NCBI RefSeq assembly: GCF_036321535.1
Contig: NC_087438.1
Span: 6,512,001-6,576,000 of the forward strand
Direction of reading: 5' to 3'
DNA: 64,000 nucleotides
Origin: Camelus dromedarius
Taxonomy: Eukaryota
Shown: one piece after another, positions 26,416-39,670 of the stretch
Layout of the letters: every line of letters starts with the position of its first letter
How positions within the stretch are numbered: the stretch's first letter is position 1
Notes under the pieces: model-generated
Seen by the model: only the letters and a program-made list of their open reading frames with translations
What the model was told of the DNA's origin: nothing
Database searches by the model: none
Made by a program: the position numbers and the translations under genes

Positions 26416-27956
26416 AAATAAGGACTATTTAAAACTGCTTCTTAAATCTTGCAGGAACAAAAAAAAAATCTCTAACAACCACATTAGTGTCTTCCTACAA
26501 AGAGATGATGAAATCAGTTCACTGCTTACGAAGAGCCGTGACAGTGGGCGGCTCAGCCTTAGGAAATTCCACATCTTCCCAGGAAATGTGTAAAAGAACA
26601 CTCACAGCAGCATTTTTCATCATAGCAAAAAACCAGAAATAATGTAACTGCCCACTGAACGAATGCAAAATTATGTGGTATATCATATCACAGGGAAAAT
26701 GTGTGGACACCAGCTACATACAGTATAAACAAATATTAGAAAAATAATGTTGAGAGAAAAAAGTCAAGAAGAATGTAAAATATAGTAAATCAATATTTCT
26801 GCCAAATGCAGAAAGAAGCAAAATTAAACGGTATTTTGAATTTGTTAAAACTATATTGAGAGAGAAAGGAAATGTAAACAGAGACTTCACAGTAGTGCTA
26901 ACGTGAAAATGAATGAGTGCGGAACGGACAAAGGAAGTGATGCGCCACTTCATCACCTCCCCAGGATCAGATCAGTTAAATGGAACTAGACTCACTAATA
27001 ACCCTCCTCAGACCCCACGCTGTCCCACTCTACCCTTCTGCCCTGAAAACTTTCTTCTATGTCCACATTGAACCTCATGCCTCCTACGAGGTCCAGATCA
27101 AGCACCAGCTCCCCCCTTCCCATAACCGTTTCTCCAGCGAGAAGCAAGGACCCCTCCACCAAACCTCCTTAGGTACAGTCATCTCCACCGCCCTCAGCTC
27201 GCACTGTGTCACAGCCTGGCTTCTTCTGCCTTGCGACCTGGCTTCCCTGCTGCACAGCAGGACCACACAGGAGAGCCTGTGCCCTGCTCATGACTATAGC
27301 CCCTCAAGGCCCACCATATTTTTTGCACATGGAAAATACTTAATGTTTGTTGAATGAAAGGATCAAGCAACATTTGCAAAGAGTGGCATGAAGGGTCGAG
27401 CTGAGGCAGGAGGATGCCGGGGAACAGGTGGGTTTTGGAAGCACAGGAAACATGTGAATGAACTGCAAATGAGGAGATCACAATTTTGGCAGAGAAATAG
27501 TAAAAGTTTCAGGGTAGAATTTACTGAGAATGGGGGTAGTAAACACATTTATCTGTTTGAAATGAAAAGATCAAAGCTATAAGTAATGAAATCAAATAAA
27601 TTATGGCATATCCATACTATTAAATATTATACAGCTTGTAAAACCAAATGCAGTAAAACTCTACACACGGGCATAAAAATCCAATACTGCTGCTGAGTGA
27701 AAAAAAATAATATGTAGACACTTATTTACCTACAGAGAGAGAAAGAAGAGGGAAAGAAAGAGCAAGGTCCAACTATTGACTGAAATAAAGCAAATGATTT
27801 TTATCTTTAAATGTTTGTAGGTGAAAGAAAATTCTGATTACTCCTAAGCACGGTGGCTATTTTATATTCTTCTGTACTGTTTGAATTTTCAACAAGGATT
27901 TATTAATTTTGTAACTCAAAGTGAGTAAAATATTTAGGTTTAAAAGGAGTGAATGT

Positions 27957-28051
27957 GAGGAGGGTGCAGCTCAAGTGACAGAGCACATGCTTTAGCATGT
28001 AGAAGGTCCTGGGTTCAATCCCCTAATTACCTCTCCTCCCCGTCAAAAAAT
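27957..28051 (+). mobile_element. Camelid tRNA-derived SINE (Vic-1-like), internally deleted, with TSD
   Basis: gaggagggtgcagctcaagtgacagagcacatgctttagcatgtagaaggtcctgggttcaatcccc carries A- and B-box-like motifs, then taattacctc and an A tail. TSD aaaa(gg/ta)agtgaatg at 27942-27955 and 28052-28065. Confidence 0.88.
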
Positions 28052-29519
28052 AAAATAAGTGAATGGGGTGAGGTTAGTTTTATGGATTAACTAATGAGAC
28101 TGGAGCCAGAATGTCCATGTTTAGATTCAGCTCAGGTTGACTCACTAGGCAGTAAGGCCAGAAAATGATGAAAGAACAGAAGCTTAAGGGCAGGACAGAA
28201 AGCAGGACAAGTTTAAAGCGGGGGTGGTTAGAAGGTAGAAATGTTAGCAGAGCAGAGGCCAACTTCCCATACAGAACAGGGACTTCCTACCATTCTCATT
28301 TAAAGTCGGGTGATGAACAGTCACGATGAAAATATATGACACGCAAGTGTAAACTAGGAGTTTACCTGAGAAGAAAAGAAACTTTCATTCTTACTAAGGA
28401 AATGATATTGATTTTATCAGCCTCGACAGGCTGTATTATGCGAAGTCCTCTGCTTATACTGAGAAGACATGAGCAGGTGCACAGGCTCTGACGGTCACTT
28501 TCCATCCTGACATGGAGATCCTATGTTTTGTCCTCAAAGTTGCCACTGTAGCTGGGTAAATAGCACACGCCTGTGAAATCACTACAGGGCAGTTAGCACA
28601 CATTTGGTTCATAAGCAGTAGACTGTGTTTCCGGTTGAGTGTCTAATGGTACTTTCTGTAACATCCTGTGTAAGAGGCACTATGTTACGGTTACTCTTGC
28701 TGTTCTGGAAAATTCCCGTAGCTCGCTCTGATTACAACCACAGCACCACAAGCAGCAGCTCATTAGCCACGGAGATAAGAGAGGAGGCGGGGCTGTGCTT
28801 TCACTCACAAGCACCTCATTCTGGAAAGTCAGACGTTTCCCAAGCCGGGCAGTCGTTATTTGAGGACACGTCCTTGCAGCAGAGACAGATCTATCTAGTT
28901 AGTAACTAATCTCATAGATCATGATACATTGGCAAGTGTGGAAGAAAGCTACCTATTTGGGAAGTCCAAAAAAAAAAGTTTGTTTTCACCTTGCAGAATC
29001 CGGTATTTCTTTAATGATTGCCATTTTTGAAACTCAAATATGAGACACTTGTTGGTGGCTATGGCTGTTTAACAACAAAACTCGCTTTTTTTATTTGACA
29101 CACACAAACACAGAGAGAGAGAGAGAGAGAAATTTTAAGGGGCTTAAAAGTATTCATACACTTTGCCTTGGCGGTTTCATCTCCAGGACGTTCTCCAAAG
29201 GAATTCATCAGCTATGTCAACAAAGATTTATGCTGAAATATGTATCTTCTGGTCTGATTATTATGTAATACCAGGAAGCTTCTGTTCAGAGAAAGGGAAT
29301 TGATTCTACACAAATGAAGTACATCAGAAAAAGAAAATACTGTTTTTAAGAGAAATTTTAGAGACATGAGAAATACTCAAGACAGTATTAAGCGTATGAG
29401 CGGGAACGTCAGCTCGGTACCTGGCATAAAAACCAGCGCCCGCAGGCACTCAGGGCGCACCCACACAAGTGAGCGCTCCTGCGTGCACACACACATACTC
29501 TCATATTGAAATGTAAACA

Positions 29520-29705
29520 CCAGGAGCCTGGGCTCTGAGTCTGACTGTAAACTGGATGCAAATCCCAGCTCAGCCTCTTGCTGGTTCTATGTCCCCTATT
29601 TCCATCTTCAAGTGGGGATAACCTTTGAGGATTTAATTTTGTAATCAATGTGAAACACTCAGAACACCACCAGCCCCACTGTAAGTACTCACTAACGGTT
29701 AGACA
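29520..29705 (+). mobile_element. MIR SINE remnant
   Basis: gggctctgagtctgactgtaaactggatgcaaatcccagctcagcc...tttccatcttcaagtggggataa. Confidence 0.7.
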
Positions 29706-31214
29706 CATAATCGTGTGGATTTTCGCTGTTACAATTAACATCTGGAGGAAAATAGTCCCAGCCATTAGAATGTTCTGAGATACGTGCTTCTGCATAATTG
29801 TTTGAATACTTTTGGGGGTTGTTTTTGCAAGTTTACTGCGAATGGGCATGTGTGATCATTAACATCAGAAGAAATGTTTATGGATTCTTTTACTGGGAAA
29901 ATTCTACAGAGAAGAATGAAGATGAATTAGGGATATAAGCCCCCTCTCTGACTCATGTTCTTCATGAGAGGACAGAAGCAGTTCCATCTACTAAGTCCAG
30001 TCTCTGCATTTTGTTTACATCTGTTGTGCCTGAAGATGCTAGCAAGCACGGGGAACGTGGTGTCGAAATCAACCGCTAATTATTTTTAAAAGGATCAGAA
30101 CGCTTGTATCTCTTCAGAGTTAGATCACCATCTGAAAGGCATCCTGCTTCTGCATCCGAGGGGTCCTCTTGAGAGAAGAGCTGATCAGTGCTATAAACTT
30201 CAGAGAAAAATATAACAACAAAAATAAAACAAACAAACAAAAAATAGAACAATATAATACACCTAATTTCTCTGGAAGAAATTCTGTATGGCCAAAGATT
30301 TTTCTCACAGTAGGAAACTAGAGCTTAAATTAGATTTTTTTACCTAAGCAGCACATTGACCCAAAACCCGCTGGCTGAAGCAGGCAAGAAAAAACACAAA
30401 TCAAGAAAAACAGGAGGTTCTGAAGCCTAGAAAAACTATGACAACTGCGCGGCATCAAATGTCAGATCAAATAAAGGGTGTCTGCAGTAGTTGTCCATAA
30501 CTTCCTAAGCAGAAGTCTGAAGTGTTCAAAAGCACATGGCTGGAGTCTTCATTTATCTTGTGAGCTTCCACCAGGCGACATACTGAAGATAAAGTACAAT
30601 GAGATCATAACCCTTCAAAAGTTTAGTTTATTGTCCAGTATTTTTCTCTAGTGGTTAATGGTGATTCTCAGAGATTAGAACAGAAGAGGTTATAGGAAGA
30701 GGCAAGAGTGTGGACACACTGAGAAAACAATTTCCTAGCCGATGAGAGCCACCATAGAGCAGAGAAGTCCAGCACGGTTTAGGTGCAATCCAGGCGTGCC
30801 AGAGACCCATCCCTTCAGCCTCCAGATGACAAGCCTCCACCATTTACCAAATCTACCCACACAACATTACCATTTTCTGCATGCAATGACAAGAAAAACT
30901 TTGGAAAAGATAATGAGAACCTGCGAATCAGGGACCCAAGTTGAATCCAGTCAAGATACTATGACTCAGGGAACTCAACCTTCTGACTGGGCAATCGAGA
31001 AAAGAACAGTGCTAGGACTCGAATTCACACGTGTTTGATTCAAAACTCACCATGCTATCCTGTGTCACCAATGGTATAATGATTGATTGCTTTAGGTAAG
31101 CTGGCAATGGTACAAACCCCACAAAGTCCCATGTTTAAAAAGCATGGCAGAGTGTATGCTTTCAAAAGTCAGATGGTTCTAAAGCGCTTGTCACTCTGGA
31201 TAGATTAATTCCAA

Positions 31215-31550
31215 TGATCCAGAAATACATCCAAGAAAAATGAAAATATAGGTCGACACAAAAAAACTTGTACATGAGTACAACAAGTAGCAGAGCCAGT
31301 CACAATAGTCCCCAAAAGTGGAAACAACGTGGAAGTCCATCAACTAAGTAATGGTGACTGGAAAAAGAGAACGTGAAATCACCTACAATGCAATATTATT
31401 CAGCTAGAAGAGAAGAAGAAAGTGATGATACAGCCACAGAATTAAATGGTGGTAACTGCACAACACTGTGAATACAGGAAAAGTGCTGTAAATGTTAAAA
31501 AAGTGAATTTTAGGGTATGTCAATTACATTATCAGGTAAAGCTGTTATAA
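31215..31550 (+). mobile_element. Old L1 3' fragment (L1MB/ME-like)
   Basis: atccaagaaaaatgaaaatataggtcgacacaaaaaaacttgtacatgag...ccaaaagtggaaacaac...gtatgtcaattacattatcaggtaaagctgtt. Confidence 0.75.
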
Positions 31551-33444
31551 AAAATAATCCAAATTCCAACTCAGGCTACCAGGTTCCTGTGATGACGATT
31601 CCAGCAGCAGAAGCTAGAATTAGGGTAGTTGGCGCCTGGCTGATTTCCCAGAGGGACCTTGCGGGGTCTTTTCAGTTTGGCTTCAGCAGTGGTGCCTGCG
31701 GGTGGCAGTGACTGTGGGGAGCCCATAAGAAAGGAGAGAGCTCTTCATATATTAAGCTTTTCACAAACTGGGTTCCCATGAGACTGACATAAATGGGGGA
31801 TGGGGTGGATGAACTACTGGTATTTACAAAAGTAAAAGAGTTATACAAAAACCAACCTGCAACTGACATGGTTATTTCATGGTTTGCAGGCTGCGATGCA
31901 CCAGTTACCCAGACAGCCGGCTGCCACACACATATTCACAGAACGACTGCCCCTACAATAATTTTAAATAGCTTTTGCTATTTACAATTAGAAATTACTT
32001 TATAATTTCTATTATCCACCATCATAAATTCCCTCACCATTTATATTACTTACATTCTATTACTTATTAATTACGTTGGCGGAGACCTGGCTCCAAGCCC
32101 AAGAGCTGGCCTCTCCAGCATGCATGCCGTGTGCACCCTTGGATAATCCCCAGGGATGATGCCCACACTTCCTCATCCAAAAATACTGAATAGAAATTCC
32201 TATTCTTTACCCAGTGTTTTTCCAATGTGAAAGCAATTAAGGCAGATAGCTAAGGAAAGTTCTTCCAGTATTGTTCATTCTCCAAAGAGAAGAGTGAATG
32301 GTAGAACCAATGGGCATGTGGATGGCTGGGTGGCATCTGTAAAAACTGTGTCCACGTACTTGGACATATTCCTTAAACTATGTCTACATAGTTCTTAGAA
32401 GACTAAGAATCTTGTGCCACGTGTCAGCCAGAGAGAATGTTTCTCACCGTCTCCACCCTGGATCATGAAACATGCTCTTCTGGATCTCTAACCTATCCCA
32501 GGGACCACAGTTCCACCTCCTACTGTGAAGTCCCCATCACACAACACCTGCGTGATGACTCGGACTCAGCAGTCCCTTGTCGTCCTCGTCTCAGCCCTTA
32601 AATATCAGTCTCACACCTCCCTCCACTGTTCCCACAGCATGAGGCCACAGAGTGCTGTGACTGTCAAGTTAGCGTTTCAGATCACAAATAGTTATGCTGT
32701 CCCCAGATCACAATTTGGTAAATCTTCAGCAAGCGTAACTTCACAAATCAATTCCTGGACCACTGAAGATTCTCATCCTACAGGGGTTCTCTGGGCAGGA
32801 TTCTCCTCCCACAGGGGTTTTCCTAAGGAGTTTCAAGTATGAGAAGGGGCCCGAGATTGCTAGCTAAGGATAACACAGCCTTAACAAACAGCTGCCTCTT
32901 CTTTTGGCCACCAGCATTTCCTCCAGTGCAGTGTCTCTGAGCAGGCCAGCACTGTCTTCAGCGTGCTCTGATAAATCAAATGCAAGCCTGTCCCAGTCCC
33001 AGTGGGCCCCACAGATGAATCACTTGACAGTCCTCTGCATTGGTCTACAGCATGGAGAACCGTGTCCTTATTTGCTATAACCACATGCTTAAAATGATTA
33101 ACTCTGCACCGAAACACATACACATGTCAGACTCGGGCGTCTGAACCCTTTTCTCTTGGTCCACTCTTTTCACTGAACATCAGTCTATACAGAGGATCCA
33201 CAGAACATCCACATATCTTACAACTAATAAATAAAGTGATTTTGCTTGCAGCCAAGGACTAATTAGTTCCATGTAAACATACAACCACAGCACTACAAAG
33301 GACTTCGACAGCTTATCTCATCTATCGACACTTCCCTGGAAGTTTTACAAGTGACACGTTGGAACCTCACCCTCAGCTTCAAACGAGATGCTAAGATTTG
33401 TCTCTAATTCCACCAGGCAAATAGGATTATTCCACCAGTCCTTC

Positions 33445-33650
33445 CAGCGATTTTTGGAATCAGACAGATATGAGTTCGAATTCAGCCTACCTTCTAATTT
33501 GAGAGCATGAGAAGAGTTTCCTAACCTTTGCTAAACCTCTTTCTTCATCTAAAATACTAGTAGCACCTAATGGTCATGGTTTTTGTGAGGACCACATGAG
33601 TTCACGCTTTCCGTCTTCCCGACACATCACCCGGCATGTATTAGTGGTCC
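33445..33650 (+). mobile_element. MIR SINE remnant
   Basis: tttggaatcagacagatatgagttcgaattcagc...agtttcctaacctttgctaaacctctttcttcatctaaaat. Confidence 0.7.
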
Positions 33651-34237
33651 ATGCTGAATGGCCTTCTCTCCCTGTCCCAGCTGGTGTTCTGACTGAATCA
33701 TGCCTGGCTTTTTCTTTTTCTTCCATCTGTCCTCAATGTAGCCTAAATGTCTCTATCCTGACTCTCAGGGCTTGATCGTGACAGTCCCTGAGCATGGCCG
33801 GCAAGATGCCACACAACCTCACTCCAAACTCCTGCCTCACCTTCCACCAGGCACCAGGCATGACTCAGCATTCTTGAGACACCAGCGTGCTCACACACCT
33901 TTTTGCTCTTTATGCTCAGAAAGCCTTCTCCCAGACACAACTCCCCATCTACACCCCTTCCTGCCCTGTGAAGGCCCATCTCAGAGGCAAAAGCTCAGCT
34001 ATTGAGGCATTCACACCCCCAGGAGAACTAGTTCTTCCTTCAGCCTGGCACTCAAAACCCACTGCATACACCCTTCATCATTCCACTTACACACTGATAG
34101 CATCATTCATGAACTGAGTTCCCCAGCACAACATCAGCCCGTGGGGAGAGACAGTCTTCTCAGTACACTTCTTTTTAATCACAACAGAAAGCTTAGACAT
34201 GAAACAGTACGGATGTTTGTGAGACAAAGGAGGAGGT

Positions 34238-34462
34238 GCAGAGCAGTTAAGAAGCCCTGCTCCTCCACCAGATTTCCTGAGTTTCAGTCCCCGCCTTGCC
34301 CCTTGCTGGACGAGTGACTTTGGGCAAGTTACTTAACCTCCCTAAGCTCAGCTGCCTCATTATGAAATGAGGATATTAATTGTACTCTCCTCGTGGGTTG
34401 CTGGGCAGAGTGTAATACTGAATTCTTTACATGCATCGTCTCACACTGACTAGCACGCAATG
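34238..34462 (+). mobile_element. MIR SINE
   Basis: MIR core gtgactttgggcaagttacttaacctccctaagctcagctgcctcattatgaaatgaggat. Confidence 0.85.
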
Positions 34463-37400
34463 ATTAACACACACCTGCTGTCACACTGGAATGAAAATTG
34501 GAACCCCTAATTTTAAGCCATCCTATACTCTGTTGAAAAATGGGCCAATCTTCTTTGCTGCATATTCCTTGTCAGTGCTCGAAGGCTTAAGCCTGAGAAA
34601 CAAATAATAAAATAGAAGGGGCTGAACGAAGAGAAACAGAAGCCGTAAACACACAGCTCTCCTCTTGTACCATTAGAGCTGGGCAGGAACACAGTAAAGG
34701 TACTACATGGTGTTTACATCCAAGTTCTAAGACAGGCTCGGTGTCCTACTGTGAATCAGTTTTAGAAGATGTACATACGGTCCTGATAGCAATTTCCCCG
34801 TCTATGAAACCCGGGGCTGTCACATTCCTCCTAACCATGGTGATACATGTTTTCAGTAGCTGCCGGCAACGAGGTTAAACTAAGCAGGATACATCAATGA
34901 TTTTTTTCCTAATCAAAGCCATAAAGTCAAGTGGTTTCAACCAGCCAGTCTCCAAAATACGTACGGGAGAAAAACAGGACTCAACTGGCAGCTCGGTTAC
35001 CCATAACTTTCAAAACCAGCAATACATCTCCCAGCCAAGGCGAAGCCATGTTATAAGATTTAGTAACAGCTCAAAGTCTCTAAAATGCTGTATCACTAGA
35101 TTCTGTATTTAATCAAATTATTTTGAAATGTATATTTGCAGTGATGAGGGATCTGAAGGCTCCTCTTATAAAGGATCATTTCAGTGTCCCACTGGCACAT
35201 AATTTGCAAAGAAATAATTTCCCCTTACTAGGCAGAAATCATGATTAAACTAACCTCTGGCATCTAGGTCTTAAGATCACAGGATGAAAATAACCACAAA
35301 TGAATGAACAAACATTAAGGACTTCCAGGTGAACTGTCTCAGGTGACTCCCAAAGGTTAACTCACAGAAGGAGGACGCTGGCATTACAGCCGAGAGCCAA
35401 CAAATACTGAGCTGTTCTGCTGTCTCTCTCTTTCCAGCAGGTACTAGATTCCAGAAGGGCTTATCCAGCCACCCAAAGAAAGGGTGAGTATAAGGTAACC
35501 AGCTCCTGGGCATGTTCCCTCGCTGACTGAATAAGACGCGCTGTGGTTTGGAAGCAGCCTCCGGAGTCACAGAATGCTAATCAAGACACTCGTTATTTCA
35601 TCCCACCGCAAACAGCAGGCCAAGCGGCCAGCTCCAGGCACGTCCTCGCGGTCTGTGTTTGCGCACGTTCAAACACCTTGCTTGTTACAGAATTTCTGTC
35701 CCTTCTGAGAATCTGAGTAACACTTAGGGATGGCTTCACAGAAAAATGGTCTCCCCAGAGATCCAAAATTCTGCAGAAATTTCACAATGGGGACTGTCCA
35801 ATGTGCTCTCACAAAGCTCTCCCCCCTCATCCAAGAGCCGTGAACCGTCTCTAACTCAGGGCTTGTCAAACATCCCATTCATACATCAGCACCTTGCTTC
35901 ACTTTAAGCAATATTTAAAGCGAAGTTTCTGAAGGCCCAGGACAACGTTCCTTTCAAACCCGGTCACCTCCCCCCACCCTCCTGGAGTTGAGTGGTTTAT
36001 AGTGTATAAAAGCCAGTGGGGTTCTGGTGGAAGCGGGGCTACAGTGGGAAGAGAGAGTGCTTGGAGCTGGGCAGACCTGAGTCAGAGACAGACCTTGGCC
36101 AAGTTTTTTCAGCTCTGTGAGGCAGGACAAGGACACACACACCTACCTCGCGGGGTGATGGCAAGGACTGAATGAGCAAACACCTGCAAAAGGTCGCCAG
36201 AGAGCCTGCTGCCCAGCTCAGGGTCAGCAATTAGGAATGAGTTCTCATGGCCTTTTAGATGGGGGACTTCAAACATGCCAGATTCTCTTCCATCTCACTC
36301 ATCACTCCTCGCTGACTAAACCACATGGACGACGTTCTTGAGCAGACAACGTCTGTAAGAGGGGCACCAGTGCTGCTTCCAGAAGCACACACAGCATCTT
36401 ACACACTCGTGTGAGAAGCGAGCAGAGAAGGGGACTCACGGGCCAGTGGAAATGACCCAAAATGGTCAACATCTGAGCTCTCTCTTTACCTACCATGTCA
36501 TAAAGGACTTTGGGTTTCTAATTCCCCATGACAACGCTGAGACATGTCTCTTGTCTTCACTAGTTAGAGAAACGGACATGAGAGAAAGAATTTGTTAGAA
36601 ATCAAATAAAGAGAACATAGTTAAAATGGCACCACCAAATTAGCTCTGTCTCAAAGGGCTTCACGTGCCCCACAGCAGGAATCGTCCAAATAGATATATT
36701 TTCCTAGTGGCAATTGTTTTTTCACCATTGAGTTTAGCAAAGTCACAGACACCTATTTACAATATTATTTTAAAAAAGCGTAACATAAGCTTTCAAAAGG
36801 ATGGCCAGCGGGTATAGTCTCATAAAGACTCTACCCTAGATTTATTAAAAATAAATACAATAATTAAAGCCTAGGAAATTAGGCAGCTAAAAATATTTTC
36901 TCCAACATGAAACAAACTACCCTCATGTCGGTATTCAAATCTAGTGAGATTTGAGTGTATTTCTGCTTTGGGAGGGAAAAAAGAAACACTGGTTTTCCTC
37001 TTCAATGAAGGGAACTATGGATATCAAAAAATTAACATTTTGACTTATACCAATGATTCAAGTATCAAATTTAAACATTAAATATTTATTGGATATGTAA
37101 AGCATGTATAGCACCAAACTATATTTTTAAAATAAGTTAAAGAAGTCTACACAGTATTAAGGAGCTTAAAATCAAATTTAAGGAGAAAAAAATATATACA
37201 TGAGTTGACTACTAAGAACTGATAAAAATACTGTGTGGAAAAGCATAAGCTATTTGTAGAGTTAACACTTAAATTGGAAATGTTTGTACCAAGAGAATGG
37301 ACAGAAAAGATATAGAAAAGGAATTAACCCAATGCAAGAAAGTATTTTGTGGTACACAGTTTCAAATAGATCTTTAAGGAAAGATTAAATGCTTATTGTT

Positions 37401-37499
37401 ACAAAATTTGGAAAATGGAAAAGAAGAAATTCTAGAATGAGAAACATGTGATTCTAGAATGAGAAACATCAGATTTCTCATAAAATAAACACCATATAT

Positions 37500-37740
37500 C
37501 AGAGTTTCTTAATCTCAGCATTACTGGCATTTGGATGGGATAATTCATTGTTGTGGGGGGTCAGGGGCTCTCGGAGCACTGGAGGGTATTTAGCAGCCTT
37601 GTTTGCCACTACCTAGGGGATGCCAGTAGCTTAAGACAATAGTCTTGACAATCAACATGTCTCTAGATATTGACAAATATCCCTGGTTTGGGTGAGAGAG
37701 TTGGGGTGCAAATCACCTTCCATCCCACTGAGAATCACTG
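37500..37740 (-). mobile_element. MER20, near full length, with a degenerate 8-bp TSD
   Basis: Terminal inverted repeats cagagtttcttaa...tgagaatcactg. Flanks ccatatat / ctatatac match at 6 of 8 positions, as expected for a hAT element. Confidence 0.85.
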
Positions 37741-38448
37741 CTATATACAAAGTTAAAATCTCAGAGAAATTTTTGACTTACGACATAACAAAAGGACTAC
37801 ACACAAAAAAAGGAATGTTCCAATCTTTTCTTCATACTTCAATTTTCTTGTCTACTTACTATGCCAATATGATCCTGTAAATAGAATGTGCTACACATAC
37901 TAATCAAAACTATATCCTGAATCCCTACAACACACAATTTCACCACAAAGAAACGTGGGTTTTCACAAAATAGTTATATAATGGAAACCAGATAAACGTG
38001 CTCGTTGCCACAGTAACAAGGATAGCACGGTTTGGTAAATGAAATGAACACTGTCAAAATTTGTAAGCAAATCCTTCATCTAATCCATTTCAAAAACCTG
38101 AACAGGAACCCCAGATGTCTTGAGGAAGTATACTCTGATACTTCCGCTACCTGAATGCTTTCGTTCTGCTTTGCAGATGTTAAAAGGATTATAAGCCAAG
38201 TGTGCACCTGTGGGAGGGGCTGTAGGACCTTCACGGGGGTCAGCTGTGAAGAACAGAAAGAAAGAAAGCTTATTGCCTACCCCACTTCTCTTCTCCCCTT
38301 GCAGCTAAATGGCTTTTTTTTTTTCAGTCCCAAGAGTCAACTGAGCCAATTCTTATCAATTGGTATGGCAGTCTCCAGGTGCCTCTGAACTCTGGGTGAA
38401 GACAGCACAATAATTATCTAAGATAAGGGGAGAGCCTCCAATCCCGCT

Positions 38449-38866
38449 TCACTACCATCACCACCACTTCCAGCATCATCATCACCACCACCATCACTAC
38501 CACCATCACCTCCATTACCACCATCTCCATCATCATCACCATCCCCAACATCACTACCACCACCATCTCCATCACCACCACACCTCTACTCCATCACCAC
38601 CACCTCCACCATCATCACCACCACCACCACTTCCAACATTAATACCATTTCCACCATTAACAACATCTCCACCATTAATACCACCACCACCGCTACTTCC
38701 AACATTAATACCATTTCCACCATTAACAGCATCCCCACCATTAATACCACCACCACCATCATCTCCACCACCATCATTTACAACCACCACCACCACCACT
38801 ACCACCACTATCACCATTATCATCACCACCACCATCACTACCACCATCATCATCACCACTACCATT
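38449..38866. repeat. (CAC/CAT)n low-complexity trinucleotide tract with an internal 66-bp tandem duplication
   Basis: Seen directly. The unit acttccaacattaataccatttccaccattaac... starts at 38629 and again at 38695. Confidence 0.95.
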
Positions 38867-39189
38867 AGCTGGCATGAATCCCTACAAAAAGGAATCCTGC
38901 AGCCCTGCACTGTGCTCTAGCACAAGCTAATCTTTCTTCAACAAAAGCCCACTAAACTTTCCCAGCATATACATCTTACCTACACTAGCCTTTATACTTC
39001 TAGAACTTCCACATTTCCAAAGCTTGCCAGAGTTGTTCTCTTGGCCTGCAACATGAGTTCTACACAAATGCTTAACTTATCAACTTATTAAGTCAATGTG
39101 AAAATACATTGGACTTGCAGAAAATACTGAAATTGTTCACAAATTAAAGAAATTCCATGTTATAAAGCAAGTTTTCCAGTGGATGAATA

Positions 39190-39670
39190 TCCATTTATGT
39201 AAGTATTACACCGAGCTTAATAGGTGGCAGGTCCCACTCTTAATATTTTAGTTATTACCAAACTTGCCCCTGTAACAATCCAGTGAAACAATGACTATTC
39301 TTATTATCATCTTTTTTAATTAATAGACTTTATATTAATTATATACATTAATTATGTATAATTAATATATGTTAATTTATTTTTTAAAGCAGCTTTAGTT
39401 TCATGGCAAAACTGGGGGAAAGATGCAGATTTCCATTATGCCCCTTGACCTCACATGTGCACAGCCTTCCTCACCATCAACATCCCCCACCAGAGTGAAG
39501 CGCCACTGACACATCATTATCACTGAAAGTTACTATGCTCTTTGTATGAAGGAGGAAGCTCAGGCACAGGGACGTTAAGAAACATGCCAGTGGCCACAGC
39601 AAATGGCAGAGCTGAGATTCGAACCCAGGTAGCAGCCTCTCCAGGGTCTCTAAACCACTCCACTCTGCAG
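39190..39670 (-). mobile_element. MIR split by an antisense L1 3' fragment (about 39312-39535)
   Basis: MIR halves ...aacaatccagtgaaacaatgactattcttattatcatc and gaggaagctcaggcacagggacgttaag...gagctgagattcgaacccagg. The L1 part reads aatagactttat...tttttaaagcagctttagtttcatggcaaaactg...catcaacatcccccaccagagtg. Confidence 0.75.

Noticed and set aside
27957..28025. tRNA gene (also considered for 41330-41403)
   Set aside because: The tRNA-like head is followed by a SINE body, A tail and TSD, so these are SINEs and not tRNA genes.
38572..38910. Val/Met/Gly-rich ORFs
   Set aside because: Translation of the (CAC/CAT)n tract.
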